DNA of 64,000 nucleotides from an uncultured Flammeovirgaceae bacterium (GTDB lineage Bacteria; Bacteroidota; Bacteroidia; Cytophagales; Cyclobacteriaceae): NCBI GenBank assembly GCA_937899105.1, contig CALBPF010000339.1, positions 1,267 to 65,266 of the forward strand, read 5' to 3'. Shown piece by piece: positions 54,591 to 61,215 of this stretch (position 1 is its first letter; each line of letters starts with the position of its first letter). The notes under the pieces were generated by a model. It saw only the letters and a program-made list of their open reading frames with translations, ran no database searches and was not told where the DNA came from. The position numbers and the translations under genes were made by a program.

Positions 54591-57500
54591 ATTTCTGAGA
54601 TCGATAAGCACAAAATTATAAACGAATTTAATCAGACCAAGAAAGAGTTTCCTTCTGATAAAACCATCATGGATTTGTTTGAGTCACGTGCGACCGAATG
54701 CCCTGATAGCATTGCCGTAAGGTTTGAACAAGAGCAGTTGACCTATAAAGAATTAGATGAAAGGTCGGATCAAATAGCTAGTTATTTGGCTGAGCGTTTT
54801 GATAAAAAGGGCACTGTTATTGGCGTTTACCTGGAACGCTCTTTAGAACTAATGACAGTCTTGTATGGTATACTGAAGTCAGGAAACGTCTACTTACCTC
54901 TTTCAAGGCGCTATCCGATAGATAGGACCCGATATAGCCTAAGAAATAGCGAAGCTAAGGCGGTGTTTGTGATGCAACAAGATCTAACACTATTTGCCGA
55001 TGAGTTTGAATGTATAATGGAAGGAGATATATCGGCCAGTGCTTCTGCTCATGTAAATCATTCCGATCCTGAACAACTCGCCTATATTATTTATACTTCC
55101 GGCTCTACCGGCCGTCCAAAAGGAGTACAGATCAAGCACCGATCGATCGTTAATCGGCTCAATTGGATGCAGAATGAATACCTGCTGGAAGCGGGAGATA
55201 CAGTACTTCAAAAAACACCAATAGTCTTTGATGTTTCTATCTGGGAATTATTTTGGTGGTCCATCTCAGGCGCAAAACTTGTTCTGGCTCAACCAGGGGT
55301 AGAAAGCGACCCTAAAGCGCTGTGTCATATTATTCGTGAAGAAAAGGTTAGTATCCTTCATTTTGTTCCTTCCATGTTGACTGCATTACTGCAATATTTA
55401 AAAGATAGCGATGATTATGGATCACTAAACAGCATAAAACACCTTTTTGCCAGTGGAGAAGCGCTTAAAGCGGAAGACGCACAGTTTTTTCTTAGAAAAT
55501 GCCCCTCAGCAAGGCTTCATAATCTTTACGGACCTACCGAAGCGACTGTAGATGTATCTTTTCATGAAGTTTTACCCTCTCGTGAATATGATAGGGTTCC
55601 CATTGGTAGGCCCATAGACAATACCCAACTCTACATATTTAGTGCAGAAATACAACTTCAACCAATTGGTATATCCGGAGAACTATACATTGGGGGTGAG
55701 AACTTATCTGTGGGTTATCTTAATCAGGAAGAGCTTACCAGCGAGAAATTTGTTACAAACCCGCTTAATGATGATTCTTTGCTATATAAAACCGGCGACC
55801 TTGCTAAGTGGTTACCCGACGGATCTATTGAGTTCTTAGGGCGTATGGATCACCAGTTGAAGATTAGAGGCAACAGAATTGAACTTGGGGAGATTGAACA
55901 CATGGTTAATGCTATTGACAAAGTGCGCAACGCTGTAGTGCTGCCCAAGATGGCGAAAAGTGGTTCACATCAATTATTATGTTTTTTTGTTGCAGAGGTA
56001 CCACTTTCCGAAGATGCAATTACAAGCCATCTCGTCGCCCGATTACCGGATTATATGATTCCGGCTGATTTCATTCAAATCGATGAAATTCCAGTGACGG
56101 TAAACGGTAAAGTGGATCGAAAAACTCTGTTGTCATATAAAAAAATAGAAAGTGAGGCCTATACTGGGCCTGAAACAGGTTTAGAGAAAAAACTAACTGT
56201 TCATTGGAAAGCAGTACTTGAGGTAGATCGAATTAGCATTACTGAAAGTTTTTTCAGAAGAGGAGGAGATTCAATATTAGCCGTTCGTTTGATCGGCGCA
56301 ATCAATCAGGCATTGACATTGGACCTTTCGGTCCATGATCTGTATGAAAACAATACCATACAAGCCCTTGCTTCATTCATTGAAATTTCAGAACCCGGAC
56401 CTGGCCGCAAGAAATACGAGGAAGTAGAAGCAGAACTGGCAGCTTTTGACCTAAGTTATAAGCATAAAATTGAGGATGTCAATATTGAGGTAGTCTACCC
56501 GATGTCTGATATAGAAAAGTCTATGTGTTATGTCAGTCAATCCCGTCCGGAAGATATCCTATACTTCGAACAGTTGATGGTACCTGTGACTTACGAAATG
56601 TTGGATCTGACTATATTACAAAAAGCGCTAAATCTACTCATTGAAAAACATGAAGTACTTAGAACAGGCTTTGATCTGGGTGAATTTGCGCACATTGTGT
56701 ATAAAGACCTGCCTACTAAGATCAAGTTTCATGATTTAAGTTCTCTTGATGCCGAAGACCAGAAAAGTACCATCAAATCCAACCTGGGAAAAAGCCGTCA
56801 ACAACATTTTGACCTGGGTTCAGCTCCTTTATGGCGTATCATATTATATAAACTCTCGGATCATCATCATGAACTACTTTTTGAATATCATCACGCTTTG
56901 CTGGATGGGTGGAGTTATGCTTCATTGCTTACGGAGTTAACGAATACTTATGGCGAATTACTCAGAGATGAGTCCTTCAAACTGGTTCCTTTAAAATCAA
57001 ATTTCAAAGATGTAATTACGGTTGAGCTGGTAAGCAAAAACGATCAGGAAGCCATTGACTTTTGGAAAGTACAGTTAAAGGACTTCAAAAAATTGAGCCT
57101 TGAAGTAGGGGATGGTGATAAGACATTCCAATCTGTCAGAGAAGCTTATCCTACACAATTACTAAAGGACCTGGATCAAGCGGCCAGACTAAAAAATACA
57201 ACAGTTAAAACCATTCTACTTTCCGCATATCTCTATTCATTAAAAGTAATTACCGGAGAAAGCGATTTATTGGTTGGTTTGGTGACTTTCAATAGACCAC
57301 TTAAAGAAGATGGCGACAAAGTGCTGGGCTGCTTTCTAAATACTATTCCATTCCGCTTTAAACTCCCAGCGGGTATCTCATGGACAGCGCTTATACAATT
57401 GGTAGACAAAAAACTTCTTGAATTGAAACGGTTTGAACATCTGTCCTTATTTGAGATCAACCGAATTACGGGGGAACAAACCTTCGGAGGAAATCCACTC

Positions 57501-60500
57501 TTCGATACACAGTTTAACTACGTTAACTGGCACGTGGAGGAGGGGATGCGATTGGAAAAAAGGGTTAATACAGAACCAGATCGTTTGGATTTTGACGTTT
57601 TTCTAAGAGGCAACACCTTTTTTGATATCAACTATAATGTCAACAGTGAGCGCATATTAAGTATGCATGAATATTCATCTCCATTCATGACACCGGAGGT
57701 ATATGCTTTTTATGAAAAAGTATTTTTGTCGGCCCTTTCCAAAGTGATCCGGACTCCGGATGGAATACTAGACTCTAAGGAACTTTATTGGCATGACGAA
57801 ATCGAAGATGTTTATAACAAGTTAGATGACGCCGACAACACGAAGAACCTTGAAAACATTGAATTACCGTTTCATTTGGAAAAACTGTGGAATCATTCAA
57901 CCGACGCCATCGGAAATCATATTAACCGTAACCTTCCCTTAACCATTGACCTGGAAGGAGACTTAAACATCACCAATTTACAGAAGGCTTTTCATGAAGT
58001 TATAGATAAATACGAAGTACTACATTCGCAGATCACTTTGGTAGACGGAAAACTCTTACAAAGGACTTTACCGGATAATGAGTTTCAATTGGATCTTACG
58101 GTCATCAGGCAAAGTCAGGAAAAGACGGATGATTTACTGGAAAAAATGCTTAATAAGCCATTTAAGTATAACCAGCCATTAGTGCGGGCGGCCCTCTTGC
58201 AGACTTCCGACAACCGCTATAAGTTAATGATGGTCTTTCATCGAATAATTGCTGACCCAAGATCAATTCAATTGTTTTCCAATGAGTTGCTATATAGTTA
58301 TCAAGCTTTGAATAACGGAAAGGACAAAAAAAATAAAAGGGGCATTAAATCATATTTCCGGTATTCATTATGGCAGCAAAAAACATTACCAAGATTGTCA
58401 CCATATGTACTTTCGTATTGGAGTGAACAGCTTGGAGGTTCGTTGAAAATAGTCGAATTACCCAAGGATCATTCTTCCGAAGAAATATCGGAACGTAACT
58501 GTACTGCTAGTGTACCAATAAGCATTAAGCCCTCCTTGTTCAAAGCATTATTAAGGTATGAAGAAACCACCCGAATTAGCTTAGATGTCATATTAATGGC
58601 TTGCTTTAAGGTTTTATTAAATAAATATACCGGCCAGGAAGAGGTATTGATAGGACGTACTACCGATAATAGGACAAAGCAGGGTTTAAAAGAATTAATA
58701 GGCCCTATTTCCGACATTACATTAGTGCGAAGTTTCATTCCCCAAGACATCAACTTTGATGAGTACATATCCACTCTGGATGAGATATATACCGACGCTG
58801 TAAAATTTTGTGTAATTCCTCATGAAACATTAATGCATAAACTTGGGCTGGATAATAGTGTGAGCGGTAATGGGCCAAAGATCAATATACTCTATCATTT
58901 TGAAGATCATGATCGTGAAAATTGTGCGATTAATGACTTGAGCGTTGAAATTATACAACCCTATCGAGACGACAGGGAGTATGATCTGAGTCTGTTACTG
59001 AACCGTTCTGACAGTGGAGTAAGTGGAGAAATGATTTACAATCCAGCTCATTTCGATCATTCTGGTATTCAGCAAATGGTAAGGCGCTTTTACGAATTAG
59101 CGGCTAACCTATTATCCAGTCCACAAGATAAATTGTCGCAACAGGAACTGATACCTCAAAACGAAAAGGATCAAATACTTAATGAATTTAACGACACGAA
59201 TGCAGCCTATCCCTTGGATCAGACTATTGTGTCCTTATTTGAGCAGCAGGTAGAAAATACACCAGAGAATGTAGCCATTAGATATGGCACTAAGGTACTT
59301 AGCTACCGCCAAACCAGCGAGTTGTCAAATCAGATAGCCCATTATCTGATAGGCAAAGGGGTAAAACGAAGCGACCTAGTAGGGATAATGTTGGAGCGCA
59401 ATGAATATATGATCCCTGTGCTGTTTGGAGCGCTAAAGGCCGGAGCAGCTTATCTCCCAATAGATCCGACTTATCCAAATGAACGGAAAAAGATCATTAT
59501 TGAGGATGCTGGCATAAATACTTTAATTTCTATTGATAGTTTCCCGAATGAACCTTCCATTGGCGTCGCTCAAGTATTGAATTTGAAAGATATGTTGCAG
59601 GAAATTCAATCGTTACCCATTAGCTCGCCTGTAGTGCAATTAGATGGCGGTGATCTTGCCTACGTCATCTATACATCAGGCTCAACGGGTCGGCCAAAAG
59701 GTGTGATGATAGAACACCGTTCGGTCGTCAATCGGCTGATGTGGATGCAAAAGAAGTATCCCATAAATGAGCAAGACGTATTGTTGCAAAAGACACCCAT
59801 AGTCTTTGACGTCTCGGTATGGGAACTATTCTGGTGGTCTTTTACTGGTGCATCCGTAAGCCTTTTAAAACCAAATGAAGAAAAAGACGCCGATGCCATA
59901 ATCAAAACGATAAAGGATCACGAGGTGACTACCATACATTTTGTTCCCTCGATGTTAAGTATTTTTATGGCCGTAACTGACAATGGGTTTGACTATATGG
60001 CATTAAAAAGCCTGCGTCAGGTGTTTGCAAGTGGAGAAGCCTTAAAGTCAGATTATGTCAGAGCCTTTGGAGACTCCATACATAAACATTGCCAAACACG
60101 GTTAATCAATTTGTACGGTCCCACAGAAGCTACGGTCGATGTTTCCTATTATGAATGCGACTTCACTCTGCCAATAGGCCGTATCCCAATAGGGAAACCT
60201 ATAGATAACCTAAAGTTATACGTCCTGGGAGGCGATGACAATATATCGCCCATAGGAGTAAAGGGTGAGCTATGTATTTCTGGGGTAGGGCTAGCCCGTG
60301 GCTATTTTAATAATAAAGCGTTAACCGATGAAAAGTTTGTTATCCATCCCTTCAGTCCCGGGGAGCGGATGTATAAGACCGGCGATGTGGCCCGATGGTT
60401 GCCCGATGGTAATATCGAGTTCATAGGCCGAAAGGATGATCAAGTGAAGATTCGGGGATTCAGGATAGAATTAGGCGATATAGAACATCAATTGTTAGAA

Positions 60501-61040
60501 CATCCATTGGTGCGCCAAACAGTAGTAGTAGTTAAAACTTATCAAGAGGATGCTCACCTGGTTGCCTATTACATTTCAGAAGTAGAAATAAACCCTGACG
60601 ACCTACGCAATCATTTACTGGAACAATTACCGGAACATATGGTCCCTTATCATTACGTTTTTCTTGAGGCACTTCCAATGACAGTAAATGGTAAGATAGA
60701 CCGCAAGGCATTGCCAGCTCCGGAACTTACATTAAGCAACGACTACGTAGGCCCGTCAAGTGAAACAGAAATAAGGTTGGTTCGCATATGGAGCGAAATC
60801 TTGAAACTCGATAAAGAGATGATCAGCATTAATAAGAGCTTCTTTGAGCTGGGGGGGCATTCTTTGAATACAATTGCTATGGCTAACAAGATATATAAAA
60901 CCTTTAATGTGAAATTGACCCTCCAGGAAATTTTCGATAAAGCTACCATTGAGCAGATAGGGGAACATCTTGATGCCTGTTTGTGGCTAAAAGAGAAGCC
61001 GTCACCTGATCAAGTCGATAAAGTTACGATCAAAATCTAA
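53871..61040 (+). CDS. NRPS-6: truncated C lobe-A(Ser)-T-C(D-donor/dual-type signature)-Cprime-A(Ser)-T-docking tail
   Basis: 2389 aa. The N-terminal ~240 aa align only to the C-terminal half of a C domain (NYWRNRLSG..) and have no HHxxxDG. A: TSGSTGRPKG ~55091-55125, code DVWHFSLVDK. T: GGDSILAV, Ser 56271-56273. C: HHALLDG 56889-56909. Cprime: FHRIIADPRS 58236-58265. A: TSGSTGRPKG ~59670-59700, code DVWHFSLVDK. T: GGHSL ~60850. Tail ..PDQVDKVTIKI. Confidence 0.95.
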   Translation: MPVESKLDFKTLNANKKIRTKNYWRNRLSGFEFSSYFDQGPEKEAHGQLVHSISAPRSTIKALNNVAQSDRAKHVVLLAALGVLIQKSSSYSDIAVVTSVYKRDDRPGSSNVVLPVRFEKYNAELSFTRLLTVLRDKLLKDLEHADYPIEKILDKRYDELKQTNVIGMHLTGLQASPLQAPMSFDMIFGFSSDLDNLRLSIEYDHARHNLAYVAQIGQLYFSLLEKLILQREKALSQIEIISEIDKHKIINEFNQTKKEFPSDKTIMDLFESRATECPDSIAVRFEQEQLTYKELDERSDQIASYLAERFDKKGTVIGVYLERSLELMTVLYGILKSGNVYLPLSRRYPIDRTRYSLRNSEAKAVFVMQQDLTLFADEFECIMEGDISASASAHVNHSDPEQLAYIIYTSGSTGRPKGVQIKHRSIVNRLNWMQNEYLLEAGDTVLQKTPIVFDVSIWELFWWSISGAKLVLAQPGVESDPKALCHIIREEKVSILHFVPSMLTALLQYLKDSDDYGSLNSIKHLFASGEALKAEDAQFFLRKCPSARLHNLYGPTEATVDVSFHEVLPSREYDRVPIGRPIDNTQLYIFSAEIQLQPIGISGELYIGGENLSVGYLNQEELTSEKFVTNPLNDDSLLYKTGDLAKWLPDGSIEFLGRMDHQLKIRGNRIELGEIEHMVNAIDKVRNAVVLPKMAKSGSHQLLCFFVAEVPLSEDAITSHLVARLPDYMIPADFIQIDEIPVTVNGKVDRKTLLSYKKIESEAYTGPETGLEKKLTVHWKAVLEVDRISITESFFRRGGDSILAVRLIGAINQALTLDLSVHDLYENNTIQALASFIEISEPGPGRKKYEEVEAELAAFDLSYKHKIEDVNIEVVYPMSDIEKSMCYVSQSRPEDILYFEQLMVPVTYEMLDLTILQKALNLLIEKHEVLRTGFDLGEFAHIVYKDLPTKIKFHDLSSLDAEDQKSTIKSNLGKSRQQHFDLGSAPLWRIILYKLSDHHHELLFEYHHALLDGWSYASLLTELTNTYGELLRDESFKLVPLKSNFKDVITVELVSKNDQEAIDFWKVQLKDFKKLSLEVGDGDKTFQSVREAYPTQLLKDLDQAARLKNTTVKTILLSAYLYSLKVITGESDLLVGLVTFNRPLKEDGDKVLGCFLNTIPFRFKLPAGISWTALIQLVDKKLLELKRFEHLSLFEINRITGEQTFGGNPLFDTQFNYVNWHVEEGMRLEKRVNTEPDRLDFDVFLRGNTFFDINYNVNSERILSMHEYSSPFMTPEVYAFYEKVFLSALSKVIRTPDGILDSKELYWHDEIEDVYNKLDDADNTKNLENIELPFHLEKLWNHSTDAIGNHINRNLPLTIDLEGDLNITNLQKAFHEVIDKYEVLHSQITLVDGKLLQRTLPDNEFQLDLTVIRQSQEKTDDLLEKMLNKPFKYNQPLVRAALLQTSDNRYKLMMVFHRIIADPRSIQLFSNELLYSYQALNNGKDKKNKRGIKSYFRYSLWQQKTLPRLSPYVLSYWSEQLGGSLKIVELPKDHSSEEISERNCTASVPISIKPSLFKALLRYEETTRISLDVILMACFKVLLNKYTGQEEVLIGRTTDNRTKQGLKELIGPISDITLVRSFIPQDINFDEYISTLDEIYTDAVKFCVIPHETLMHKLGLDNSVSGNGPKINILYHFEDHDRENCAINDLSVEIIQPYRDDREYDLSLLLNRSDSGVSGEMIYNPAHFDHSGIQQMVRRFYELAANLLSSPQDKLSQQELIPQNEKDQILNEFNDTNAAYPLDQTIVSLFEQQVENTPENVAIRYGTKVLSYRQTSELSNQIAHYLIGKGVKRSDLVGIMLERNEYMIPVLFGALKAGAAYLPIDPTYPNERKKIIIEDAGINTLISIDSFPNEPSIGVAQVLNLKDMLQEIQSLPISSPVVQLDGGDLAYVIYTSGSTGRPKGVMIEHRSVVNRLMWMQKKYPINEQDVLLQKTPIVFDVSVWELFWWSFTGASVSLLKPNEEKDADAIIKTIKDHEVTTIHFVPSMLSIFMAVTDNGFDYMALKSLRQVFASGEALKSDYVRAFGDSIHKHCQTRLINLYGPTEATVDVSYYECDFTLPIGRIPIGKPIDNLKLYVLGGDDNISPIGVKGELCISGVGLARGYFNNKALTDEKFVIHPFSPGERMYKTGDVARWLPDGNIEFIGRKDDQVKIRGFRIELGDIEHQLLEHPLVRQTVVVVKTYQEDAHLVAYYISEVEINPDDLRNHLLEQLPEHMVPYHYVFLEALPMTVNGKIDRKALPAPELTLSNDYVGPSSETEIRLVRIWSEILKLDKEMISINKSFFELGGHSLNTIAMANKIYKTFNVKLTLQEIFDKATIEQIGEHLDACLWLKEKPSPDQVDKVTIKI
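57860..59150 (+). other. Extra C-like domain (Cprime) between the condensation domain and the second Ser A domain of NRPS-6
   Basis: ~430 aa. Starts LPFHLEKLWNHS..; active-site box degenerated to HRIIADPRS (second His and Gly lost). The C-terminal lobe SYWSEQLGGS.., ..IGPISDITLVR.. parallels the Cprime of NRPS-5. Followed by the linker KLSQQELIPQNEKDQILNEFNDT. Confidence 0.75.
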
Positions 61041-61048
61041 AAGTATCC

Positions 61049-61215
61049 ATGGAAGACCTCATTAACCGGTTAAGGGAAAATGATGTACATGTAGAGGTTG
61101 TAAATGACGAATTACAACTGAATGTACCCGTTGGTGCGGATTTGAATAAGCTTCTCCTTGAAGTAAAAGATAGTAAGCAGGCGTTGATCACTTATATTAA
61201 AAAAATTAGAGATAA
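61049..61215 (+). other. TubC_N-like N-terminal docking domain of NRPS-7
   Basis: MEDLINRLRENDVHVEVVNDELQLNVPVGADLNKLLLEVKDSKQALITYIKKI has the same pattern as the NRPS-4 and NRPS-5 N-termini. Confidence 0.55.
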
